Source of the DNA: Candidatus Pacearchaeota archaeon | GTDB taxonomy: Archaea > Nanobdellota > Nanobdellia > Pacearchaeales > GW2011-AR1 | NCBI GenBank assembly: GCA_023136775.1 | Contig: JAGLQO010000003.1 | Location: forward strand, 1-60,209 | Direction of reading: 5' to 3' | DNA: 60,209 nucleotides | In this document: piece by piece, positions 47,804-56,130 of the stretch | Numbering within the stretch: position 1 is the first letter of the stretch | Layout: the number at the start of each line of letters is the position of its first letter | Made by a program: the position numbers and the translations under genes | The notes under the pieces: generated by a model | What the model saw: the letters and a program-made list of their open reading frames with translations, nothing else | Told to the model about the DNA's origin: nothing | The model's database searches: none

Positions 47804-47921
47804 TTTTAGAATTAGTTAAATAATTTTTATATATTAACTGAAGTTACTGGAATCACGCATGTGATTTATTTGAAACTCGCGTCGCAATAATTAATTTTGT
47901 TGGTATTTTGCTATGTAACTT

Positions 47922-48731
47922 TTAGAATTTATTAATCTCTATAATCTTGTGACCTGCAACGCCTAAGTTGTGAACTTCTGTCTTGCCAATTTTTGTATGA
48001 CCTTCGGATTCGTGAATATGTCCACAAAAAACATATTTTGGCTGAAACTTTTTGATGTAATTTAAGATAACTTTACTTCCAGCATGTTTGCCATTTCTAG
48101 AACTTGGAGCGAAAGTATTGTTCACTTTGTCTAAATATCCAAATGGAGGTTGATGACAAACTAAAATATCTAGTTTTCCAAAATTCTTTAAAATTCTTTT
48201 TGTTTTTTCTGTTTCTTTTTTTGCTTTAGATATCATATACTCATCAGTATATCCAAGCTCTTTGTTTTGACAAGAATCAAAAAACCATTCTAAAAATCCA
48301 ATTCTAAGCCCATCGATATTTCTAACCGCATTTCTAACAAGATAAAAATCTTCAATTTTATTAAGGCTATCCCTAAGTCTAGGCAATTTCAGTCCAAACC
48401 TTTTTTCTTCTTTATTAATAGAAGAATTGTAAATCATGCTCCCGCCTGTGTTCCCCATTATAGTATAAGTCGGAGCAAATTTACAAGTATGCTTCAAAAC
48501 ATTAACCATGGAATCATGAATTTCCACAATAGCAAATTTATTATCTTTGCCTGTGTACTTTATTTCTTTTAATCCAGCATCTCTAAGCTTTTTGTTCTCC
48601 CAAAATCTATTACGGGCAAAATCAGCTTTGCCGACATCGCCAGTAACCAAAATTAAATCAATACCTTTAAATGGAATCTTTTTAATTTTAGAAATCTCCC
48701 CATGAGGATCGCCAATCGCACAAATCTTCAT
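47922..48731 (-). CDS. Calcineurin-like metallophosphoesterase
   Basis: GDPHG, GDVGK, GNTG, HQPP and GHIHE motifs. Confidence 0.8.
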   Translation of the reverse strand: MKICAIGDPHGEISKIKKIPFKGIDLILVTGDVGKADFARNRFWENKKLRDAGLKEIKYTGKDNKFAIVEIHDSMVNVLKHTCKFAPTYTIMGNTGGSMIYNSSINKEEKRFGLKLPRLRDSLNKIEDFYLVRNAVRNIDGLRIGFLEWFFDSCQNKELGYTDEYMISKAKKETEKTKRILKNFGKLDILVCHQPPFGYLDKVNNTFAPSSRNGKHAGSKVILNYIKKFQPKYVFCGHIHESEGHTKIGKTEVHNLGVAGHKIIEINKF

Positions 48732-48732
48732 T

Positions 48733-50619
48733 TTAATAGATTAAATCGAATTCTCCAAAAACTTTTTTCAAAACTTCTAGTGAATTGAAATCTATTTTCA
48801 TTTCCTTATCCTTGCTGTCCGATAATTGTTCTTGTAATTCTTTTGTTGTTGATTTAACTAAATTCGAGTCTTTGATTTTTTGTATTTTTGAACCTTGAAC
48901 AACAAATGCATCTTTCAAGAAGAATATTTCTGCGTCTTGATCTCTAGCTTTAATTTGAAATCTGGATTTTTCTGTTGCTGCCAAATCACTCCTTTGAGAA
49001 TGTTCAACCAGGGCTGTAATTATTTCTGTTGAAAGTTTTCTTGCATTATCTACTGCTCGTCTTTGCTTTGCAGTTAATTCATGTTTCTTTTTCTTAGCAG
49101 AATCTTTAGCATCTTTTGCCAAAACCACTTCATTTTCTTTTGCCTTTTCGACATCCTTTCTTACTTTGGAGATCAATTTCAAATTTTCTAAATATCTTGG
49201 TGGAAATTTCCCAGTCTTAATCATCTTTAAATTAAATTCTTTTAAAATAGCTTCTTCAGTTTTTCTATTTAATAAACTTCCAAGCATTCCGAAAACATCA
49301 TTATATATTTGTTCAATTGATTTTTCCTGAATTCTCTTTTCAATTTGTTCTCGGAGTTCCTTTAATCTGTCAATATAGTCTAAGGCATTTTTTGACAATC
49401 TGTCAAGTTCTTTTCCACTAATATCTCCAGGTTTTAATTTGCCATGTTCATAAGCTTTCCAAACTTTGATGATTATTTCTTCTAAAATGTCTGCATATTT
49501 TTTCTCCACTAATTTTTCTTTATTCACAAAAACTTCCCTAAATTGTTTTACTGTTTCGTAAACGTTTGGTGGAGACATTCCGTAAAGCATAAGTAAACCT
49601 TGTGTTGGCGTAGAAATTCCCCAGAATAAATCCAGAGTCGCAACATCAAAAATTCTTTTCTGAATCGTCTCTTTAAGCTTATTTCCCGAAGACATAAACA
49701 TATCAATTGCTTCTGAACTTGGTTTAATCTTTCCCATTCGAAGTAAAGATTTCCAAGGTAAAAATGTTCCCCTGTCGTAAAGTGGAATTCCATCTCGGAT
49801 AAATGTAAACATAACTGGCTGAGCATCTTTTACTGCTTCCCAAAATTCTGTCATTAAATAAATCTGAACATTAAGAGTATTTTTCTTAACTCCAGCCATT
49901 CCTTCAGCCTCGGGGATATAAGAATAAATAATTCCTCTAAGTTTTTCTTTTAACTCTAATCTTGGCATTCTTTTTACATCTGTATCGTCAATTATAACGA
50001 AGACATCAACGTCAGAATCTTTTTTTGTTGTTCCGGTTGCGAGACTTCCTCCGACTACATAACTTGTTACATATTTTTCGAACTTCTTTAAAACTAAAGA
50101 TTTATGAATTTGTCCAACTCTAATATGGCTTAAGATTCCTTTATCTATAATTGGATAAGACATTGCGATTGCTTCCATTACTTCAAACTTAGAATCTAAT
50201 CCTAAATTCCAAAAATCTATTGGGGTCATTACATGAATCCAGAATTTATCATTAATCTTTTTAGCGGTCTCAATTATCTCAAGTCTAATTTTTCCGATAT
50301 TCTTAAATTGTTTTTCTGGAATTATAACGAGCAAATGAATCAAACCTTTCTTAGAATCCTCTTCAGAAATTTCATATTCTTCTTCTATCTTTTTCGCAGC
50401 TTGAGACGGAACTACCCCGAAAGCTTCTACGAATTTATAATTTTTAGCAATTTCATCTTTTAATTTTTCAATATCTTTTTGTGCTTTATTCGCTTTTTTT
50501 TTTAAGGCATCTTCAATTTGGTTTGATGCTGGAATAGAATTTGGATTTTGTTTTGGTACAAAATTCTTTGACAAGTTTTGTTCAACAGATTTTTCAGAAT
50601 TATTTTTGTGTTCTGTCAT
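48733..50619 (-). CDS. Large Pol-beta-superfamily nucleotidyltransferase-domain protein
   Basis: GGSLATGTTKKDSDVDVFVIIDD (GS...DxD) in the middle of a 628-aa helical/coiled-coil protein. The start lies 1 nt after... the stop lies 1 nt upstream of the phosphoesterase start. Confidence 0.65.
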   Translation of the reverse strand: MTEHKNNSEKSVEQNLSKNFVPKQNPNSIPASNQIEDALKKKANKAQKDIEKLKDEIAKNYKFVEAFGVVPSQAAKKIEEEYEISEEDSKKGLIHLLVIIPEKQFKNIGKIRLEIIETAKKINDKFWIHVMTPIDFWNLGLDSKFEVMEAIAMSYPIIDKGILSHIRVGQIHKSLVLKKFEKYVTSYVVGGSLATGTTKKDSDVDVFVIIDDTDVKRMPRLELKEKLRGIIYSYIPEAEGMAGVKKNTLNVQIYLMTEFWEAVKDAQPVMFTFIRDGIPLYDRGTFLPWKSLLRMGKIKPSSEAIDMFMSSGNKLKETIQKRIFDVATLDLFWGISTPTQGLLMLYGMSPPNVYETVKQFREVFVNKEKLVEKKYADILEEIIIKVWKAYEHGKLKPGDISGKELDRLSKNALDYIDRLKELREQIEKRIQEKSIEQIYNDVFGMLGSLLNRKTEEAILKEFNLKMIKTGKFPPRYLENLKLISKVRKDVEKAKENEVVLAKDAKDSAKKKKHELTAKQRRAVDNARKLSTEIITALVEHSQRSDLAATEKSRFQIKARDQDAEIFFLKDAFVVQGSKIQKIKDSNLVKSTTKELQEQLSDSKDKEMKIDFNSLEVLKKVFGEFDLIY

Positions 50620-50643
50620 GGTTTAGATTAATCAATTTGTTAT

Positions 50644-51102
50644 TTAAATGTTGTTGCTGGAATTTGATGAATATATGAATTGTTTTTTTGGGAATAATTT
50701 ATTTTTTAATTCTCCAATTTTACGATCTGCATTATATGCTAAACAATTCTCTAGCCATTCATTTGGGCATTTTTTCATGTAATGACTATTGAGTTGATTT
50801 TCTATAAGCTCATGCTGGATATGTGGCCCTGGATTAGTTTGTATAACTTTCTCATTTTCCATATAAACCATATTTACACTAGATTTTGCTTTCCAATAAT
50901 TATTTCTTATTGCATAATGAAGAAAATTAGTTTGGTCTAATGATAATCTGAGGTTAACGCGAATCAATTCTATTTCTGATGGATTTTGTAAATCTTCTAG
51001 ATTTAAATTAAATTTTGTTTTAAAATACTCAGAAAAATTTATTACTCTAATACCTTTAGGGGTTTCTTCAAATCCTAAAACTTCATCCTCTAGCGTTTCC
51101 AT
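50644..51102 (-). CDS. Hypothetical protein
   Basis: 152-aa ORF. No family recognised. Confidence 0.45.
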   Translation of the reverse strand: METLEDEVLGFEETPKGIRVINFSEYFKTKFNLNLEDLQNPSEIELIRVNLRLSLDQTNFLHYAIRNNYWKAKSSVNMVYMENEKVIQTNPGPHIQHELIENQLNSHYMKKCPNEWLENCLAYNADRKIGELKNKLFPKKQFIYSSNSSNNI

Positions 51103-51158
51103 GGAAATACTTATGGTTTTAGACTTATATGTATTTATGTATTGAATTTAAAATAAAA

Positions 51159-51175
51159 TGACTCCACCAGGAATC
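51159..51175 (-). repeat. 17-nt copy of the tRNA-Val 3' end
   Basis: tgactccaccaggaatc is identical to 51292-51308. The A-rich flank aaaataaaa is also shared. Confidence 0.8.
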
Positions 51176-51237
51176 TACTCAAATTTTGCATCTCACAAAA
51201 ATCTAGTTATGTTTATTTTTGTTCAAAGCAAAATTTT

Positions 51238-51278
51238 CACCTAGGCCACGGCCCAGCTCCATTCGGTTGTAGTAATTT
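51238..51278 (-). pseudogene. Decayed partial tRNA-Val copy (anticodon-arm to T-arm region)
   Basis: cacctaggccacggcccagctccattcggttgtagtaattt aligns by eye with caccaggaatcggacctgggccttttcggtgtaagcgaaat of the intact gene. Confidence 0.45.
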
Positions 51279-51291
51279 TTAAAAATAAAAA

Positions 51292-51362
51292 TGACTCCAC
51301 CAGGAATCGGACCTGGGCCTTTTCGGTGTAAGCGAAATAGTCTACCATTAGCTTATGGAGTC
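51292..51362 (-). tRNA. tRNA-Val (anticodon UAC)
   Basis: Folded by hand. Acceptor GACTCCA/TGGAGTC. Anticodon arm TTTCG-CTTACAC-CGAAA. T arm CCAGG-TCCGATT-CCTGG. 4-nt variable loop. No encoded CCA. Confidence 0.85.
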
Positions 51363-51383
51363 ATATAATGAATTCATAAGCTT

Positions 51384-51422
51384 CGTGAAGCAACTTGATT
51401 GCTACTATAGCTTATGGAGTCA
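51384..51422 (-). pseudogene. Partial tRNA-Val-like 5' half
   Basis: 15 nt (tagcttatggagtca) are identical to the tRNA 5' end and the D/anticodon region is diverged. There is no T arm or acceptor 3' strand. Confidence 0.5.
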
Positions 51423-51524
51423 ATATTATATTATCATAATTTAGTTTTATAAAGTTAATTATTAATAATTTGAACCTAATATCTTCGCAACAACTACTTT
51501 AAAGAAAATTGTCTATCTATTTTC

Positions 51525-51716
51525 ATGAAAGAAGTCATTTCAACATCAATATTTATAGCTGTAATTTTGACAATATTTATAGCATTTATATTGAGCTATA
51601 GAAGAAGGATAAAAGAAGAATCTATAACTGATAAAGATGCCAAGGAAGAAAAGTATTTAGAAAAAGAGGCAGAAAAGGCAGAAAAGAAAGAAAAAATAGT
51701 GAAGCCTAAAAAGTAG
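51525..51716 (+). CDS. Small single-TM protein with a K/E-rich tail
   Basis: 63-aa ORF. Confidence 0.4.
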   Translation: MKEVISTSIFIAVILTIFIAFILSYRRRIKEESITDKDAKEEKYLEKEAEKAEKKEKIVKPKK

Positions 51717-51843
51717 TTATCTGAGAATCTAATTGTTCATTAATTTTATCAATTGACTTATTTATGAATCCGCATCGAGCACATTTCATTTCACCTTCAA
51801 TATTTTTATATCTACTAGAATTACATGCTGGACATTTCTTCAT
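51706..51843 (-). CDS. Small zinc-ribbon protein (45 aa; not in the ORF track)
   Basis: Hand translation gives MKKCPACNSSRYKNIEGEMKCARCGFINKSIDKINEQLDSQITTF, with CPxC...CxxC. Confidence 0.4.
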   Translation of the reverse strand: MKKCPACNSSRYKNIEGEMKCARCGFINKSIDKINEQLDSQITTF

Positions 51844-51904
51844 ATTAATAAAAAATCATGTTAAGATTTAAACTTATCTAATAAATATAACAAAAGTTGT
51901 GTTA

Positions 51905-52191
51905 ATCAATGGAGCGGAAATTATTTCCGCGATTAAATAGCCAAGTTGCAGTCTGTGTTTTTTTAGGGCGGATGCCCGTTAATCTCACGTAAAAGTGTAC
52001 CCTTTAGATAGGCAATCTGAGATTGCATTTTAATCGGGCAAAAAAACCAGCTGCAAAATATGAGAATCGAAGATTCTCCTAAAAACCTATATCAAATTAT
52101 CTGCGACGCGAGTCGGTAAGTAATTTGGGATCTAGGACTTGCCTCTCGAAGACCAACCTGACGATTTTTTTCACCAGAAAAAAATGTCAAT
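51905..52191 (-). ncRNA. Structured element, long form with an extra nested-helix insertion, copy F
   Basis: P1 is identical to copy A over 34 nt. P3 CAAATTA/TAATTTG. P4 GAGAATC/GATTCTC. 3' domain hairpins GGGC-ATCC-GCCC and GCGGAAAT-A-ATTTCCGC. Starts 3 nt after the stop of 52195..52869. Confidence 0.7.
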
Positions 52192-52194
52192 TGC

Positions 52195-52869
52195 TCATAT
52201 CATCTTTTTCATTTCTTCAATTTCTACGGAAGAAATTGCTGCACCTTTAAACTTTACACCGTAAAGCAAAGCATCTAAAAGATTTTTATCTTTTTTTATT
52301 GGGATTAATCCCTTCTTGTATGCCACAAATAACAACTCTGCAGATCTAATGTATTTGAATTGTTTTAGATCTTTTAGTAATTCCAAATTTGAATCTAAAG
52401 GGGTATGTAATTTTCTCTCCATCATATTTTCTAAATTTTCTGGAGCTTCTGTTAACATACGAGTTGTCCTTTCATCTATTACTATAACATTATCACAACC
52501 GCAAAGATTTGAAAACGCTAAGCATGCAGCTTCTCCTTCATGAATAATTTTTATTTTTTCTCCAGTAGCGGTTGTTCTTAAAGCTCCATTTGTAATTTTC
52601 AAAATTTTCTTAACTTCTTTGTCCATTTTTTCTTGAGAAATAATTTCTGTTGACATTTTAAAAATTCCACGGTTAATCATTTCATTAACTTGGAGGGCTT
52701 CTAATTTATACTTTTTAATTTTCATTGGTCTATCGACTACTTCATATCTAACCCTTGGAGTCAAAACAAACTCTCCATCAAAAACTTCTTTTAATTTTTC
52801 AATTACTGGAAGCATTCCATTCATCGTTAAAGAAATAATAGGACCTGCGTCAAATATTAAATATTTCAT
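52195..52869 (-). CDS. PIN-like domain protein
   Basis: MKYLIFDAGPIISL... and IHEGEAACLAFS...VIVIDERT suggest a PIN-like fold. The ATG at 52869 lies 1 nt after the upstream stop. Confidence 0.5.
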   Translation of the reverse strand: MKYLIFDAGPIISLTMNGMLPVIEKLKEVFDGEFVLTPRVRYEVVDRPMKIKKYKLEALQVNEMINRGIFKMSTEIISQEKMDKEVKKILKITNGALRTTATGEKIKIIHEGEAACLAFSNLCGCDNVIVIDERTTRMLTEAPENLENMMERKLHTPLDSNLELLKDLKQFKYIRSAELLFVAYKKGLIPIKKDKNLLDALLYGVKFKGAAISSVEIEEMKKMI

Positions 52870-52870
52870 T

Positions 52871-53431
52871 TTATCCGAAAATGTCCTCCGCAATTTTTAC
52901 CCTTTTTGCAATCGGCATACTGATTGCTACTTTTGAATCTCCGATGGAAGACTGTCCAATATAAGAAGACAAATCCCAAAGACTTATCCCTAATAACTCT
53001 GCTGTTTTTTCCGTCGATAAACCATGCTCATATAATTTGAAAGCTTTATTTATTTCAGCCTTTCTAAACACATCTTTAATGTACCGACCAAGGTCACCAG
53101 AAATTTTATTTAATGAGTTCCTGATTCTTCCAAGATATATTCGAGCGTTATCTACATCTTCTTTTTCCAAAGCTTTTATCACTAGATCTAAATTTTTAGA
53201 AAGTGATTTTTCAAATTCTACCCAACCTTCCATTTTTCTGTAATGCTCACGTTCTAAAACTTTTCCTATAGAATAAATTAAAACTGCCACGACAATATTA
53301 TCGGCATCTTGGGAAATTGTTGCAGAGTGTACTGTTTGTCCAGAAAGTATTTTTAATTCGTGGGATCTATCATCTCCAATTAATTTTCTGGCTTCACGAA
53401 GTATCCTCAAAATATTATCAATCTCTTTCAT
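52871..53431 (-). CDS. HTH-containing hypothetical protein
   Basis: C-terminal GLSTEKTAELLGISLWDLSSYI helix-turn-helix. Confidence 0.5.
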   Translation of the reverse strand: MKEIDNILRILREARKLIGDDRSHELKILSGQTVHSATISQDADNIVVAVLIYSIGKVLEREHYRKMEGWVEFEKSLSKNLDLVIKALEKEDVDNARIYLGRIRNSLNKISGDLGRYIKDVFRKAEINKAFKLYEHGLSTEKTAELLGISLWDLSSYIGQSSIGDSKVAISMPIAKRVKIAEDIFG

Positions 53432-53481
53432 TTTACCATAAGTAACTCAACTTATTTAAAGCTATGCTGACTTTGAATTTT

Positions 53482-53865
53482 ATGAAAATTTTACTTGATA
53501 CAAATTTTATTTTAACTTGTGCAAAGAACAAATTGGACTTTGGAGAAATTGTGAATGAGATAACTAGCGAGCCTGTTGAATGGATTGTTCTTCAGGATGT
53601 TTTGAATGAACTCGGGACCCTTAAGGACAGAGGGGGGATGAAGACTGCGGACAAGCAAGCCGCTGAGCTTGGGTTTGAATTGCTTCAACTTGTGAAGCCA
53701 GAGGTCATTGAGGTTAGTGGACGTAATCCTAACGTGGATATAAAAATTGTTAATTACATAATGGATAAAGATATTGTTCTTGCGACGATGGATAAAAATT
53801 TAAAATCTAGAGTTAAAAATAAAATTTTGACAATTCGCGGGAAGAATAATTTAGAACTTATTTAA
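53482..53865 (+). CDS. Fcf1/Utp24-type PIN-domain nuclease
   Basis: MKILLDTNFIL...VLATMDKNLKSRV. An alternative ATG is at 53464. Confidence 0.7.
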   Translation: MKILLDTNFILTCAKNKLDFGEIVNEITSEPVEWIVLQDVLNELGTLKDRGGMKTADKQAAELGFELLQLVKPEVIEVSGRNPNVDIKIVNYIMDKDIVLATMDKNLKSRVKNKILTIRGKNNLELI

Positions 53866-53875
53866 TTATTAGAAT

Positions 53876-55309
53876 TTATTTTTTAGCAATTTTCTTTTGC
53901 TTCATCAAGTTTTCAATTGTACTAATTTCTACAAAACTTGCTCCGTGAGTTGGTCCGTAGTTTCCAGCTAATACTACGACTAAATCAGTTTTTTTGAATT
54001 CTTTTTTTGTTAATAAAGATTTCAAAGATAAATCAATAAAATGATCATGAGTTTTTGTTTTATCTAAATGAGATGCAGAAACTCCGTAAGATAAAGCCAA
54101 TTCTCTCATTACGTTATCGTTGTAACATTCTGCGAAAACAAATTTATTTCCTCTAAATGATGAAATATATCTTGCAGTTCTTCCAGTTTCTGTATCTGCA
54201 ACAATTGCTTTTACGGGTAATTCTAATGCTGCTTTAACTGCCATATTAGATAAGAATGCTGGGATTTCTTTTCCTACTGCTTTAACTGCGGTATCTTGAA
54301 TTTTATCTATCCTCTCCATTTCTACTTCTCTGGCAACCGTGGTCATTGTTTTAACGGCTTCAATAGGATACTTTCCGTAAGCCGTTTCTCCACTAAGCAT
54401 TATTGCATCAGTTCCAGAACGAATTGCATTTGCAATATCTGCAATCTCAGCTCTTGTTGCTCGAGGATTTTCAATCATATTATGAAGCATTTGTGTCGCA
54501 ACAATCACTGGTCTTTTTCTTGCTATACATTTTTTAATCATAGAATATTGAACCATTGGAATTTTTTCTGCGGCAACTTCTATTCCCAAATCTCCCCTAG
54601 CTACCATTATTCCATAAGCTACATCCAAAATTTCATCTAAATTGTCAACACCTTCTTGATTTTCAATCTTTGCAATAATTTTTGCGTGGCTATTATATTT
54701 ATCTAATATTTTTTGTACGGCTAGAACATCTTTCTTACTTCTAACAAATGAGTGAGCTATAAAATCAATTCCTATTTTTGCTGCAAATTCAATATAATTT
54801 CTGTCTTTTTTTGTTATTGATGGCAAGCGAATTGAAACACCAGGAATATTTACACTTTTTCTTCCTTTAATTGAAGAGGAATTCATAACCTTACAAACTA
54901 AAGCTCCCTTGGACTTGCTCATAACTTTGAATTCAATATCTCCATCATCAACTAAAATACTCTTTCCAACAGAAACATCTTTTACAATTCCTGAATATGA
55001 AACATAAATTGTATCTTTAGTATGATTTTTTTTAATATCTCCTTTAATCATGATTTTTTCACCTTTCTTAAAAAATCGTTCTGTTTCAAATTTATTTGTT
55101 CTAATTTCTGGACCTTTAGTGTCTAATAAAAGTGGAATTTTATCTGAAACTGCTCTAACATTTTTTACAACTCTTAGAGTATCTTCATGGGCTTGATGTG
55201 CTGTGTTTAATCTTACTACGTTCATTCCTTCGTTGTATAATTTTTGAATAAAATCCACGTCACATTTCAGGTCGGATATAGTCGCTACAATTTTTGTTTT
55301 CTTTATCAT
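53876..55309 (-). CDS. pyk: Pyruvate kinase
   Basis: KTKIVATISD, LDTKGPEIR, MVARGDLGIE and GETAYGKYP. ATG at 55309. Confidence 0.93.
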   Translation of the reverse strand: MIKKTKIVATISDLKCDVDFIQKLYNEGMNVVRLNTAHQAHEDTLRVVKNVRAVSDKIPLLLDTKGPEIRTNKFETERFFKKGEKIMIKGDIKKNHTKDTIYVSYSGIVKDVSVGKSILVDDGDIEFKVMSKSKGALVCKVMNSSSIKGRKSVNIPGVSIRLPSITKKDRNYIEFAAKIGIDFIAHSFVRSKKDVLAVQKILDKYNSHAKIIAKIENQEGVDNLDEILDVAYGIMVARGDLGIEVAAEKIPMVQYSMIKKCIARKRPVIVATQMLHNMIENPRATRAEIADIANAIRSGTDAIMLSGETAYGKYPIEAVKTMTTVAREVEMERIDKIQDTAVKAVGKEIPAFLSNMAVKAALELPVKAIVADTETGRTARYISSFRGNKFVFAECYNDNVMRELALSYGVSASHLDKTKTHDHFIDLSLKSLLTKKEFKKTDLVVVLAGNYGPTHGASFVEISTIENLMKQKKIAKK

Positions 55310-55380
55310 ATATAAAAAACCAAAAATTGATTTATAAAGCTTAGCACGAAAAATCTTGAGAAATAAACAACCCATCGTTC

Positions 55381-55900
55381 GCTGAGGCTCACTTCAAAGC
55401 TCGCTGCGGGATATTTCTAAACTCGGGACAATTTCAACTGCCCAACCTTCCGACCTTGATTCTCAACATATCTTTTAACATCATCTAGTCCCCGACCATC
55501 GCCAACAGTATCAATATGTCCACCATCGCTCCAGAATTCGCCACCCCACAGTTCTTCCTTCAGCTTCGGGAATTTTTTAAAAATCTGAATTGCCAAAATA
55601 CTTTTGCAAATTTGCATAATTCTTGACGGTGAATTCTTTGGAGCACTTTCAACAACAATATGAATATGATCATCTTCATGTCCCAATGCATCAAACCAAA
55701 GATAATATCTCTTGGAAATTCCACGACAAATTTCTTTCATAAAATCAAAAACGTCGTCGGTGATTAAATCCGGCCTATACTTTACAACGAAGACCATGTG
55801 ATATCGGATCCTATACGAACAATGACTAGCCTTTCTAACTTTCATAAAAAAACAAACTTCAAAACCTAGTTAAGCTTATCGCAGCAAGCTGCGGGGTATT
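55381..55900 (-). mobile_element. IS200-like element (tnpA only) with similar subterminal sequences at both ends
   Basis: Both flanks carry AATA(T/C)CCCGCAGC in direct orientation. The 5' flank forms CGCAGC-TT-GCTGCG. Confidence 0.7.
55417..55845 (-). CDS. tnpA: IS200/IS605-family Y1 (HUH) transposase
   Basis: 142 aa. YHMVFVVKYR, HUH motif DHIHIVV and catalytic-Tyr region VKRYVENQG. Confidence 0.9.
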   Translation of the reverse strand: MKVRKASHCSYRIRYHMVFVVKYRPDLITDDVFDFMKEICRGISKRYYLWFDALGHEDDHIHIVVESAPKNSPSRIMQICKSILAIQIFKKFPKLKEELWGGEFWSDGGHIDTVGDGRGLDDVKRYVENQGRKVGQLKLSRV

Positions 55901-56130
55901 CACCCAGTGAGAAATAATTTAAACTCTTAGTGCTTAGGGAAATTATGAAAACTAATTTAGAGAAAATTTTAATTAAAGAATTCTGCGAAAAACTACCTTT
56001 CAATTGGGCTCCGATTGAAAAGAATGGAATCTGTAGAATTCCAAATGATTACTGTATATATTGTAAAGAATTTTTTAAAATATAATTTACGAAAAATCAA
56101 ATATATACTTTAATCAATAAAAAATATAGT

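Noticed and set aside
51384-51422. 5'-half tRNA copy read as a UGA-suppressor/Sec-like tRNA (the loop CTTCACG would give anticodon UCA).
   Set aside because: The anticodon stem does not pair (AGTTG vs AAGCT), and there is no T arm or acceptor 3' strand. It is most simply a decayed fragment.
55944-56048. Small plus-strand ORF (34 aa, MKTNLEKILIKEFCEKLPFNWAPIEKNGICRIPK) next to the IS200 element.
   Set aside because: It is too short and featureless to support. My first reading as a longer Cys-rich peptide was a frame error.
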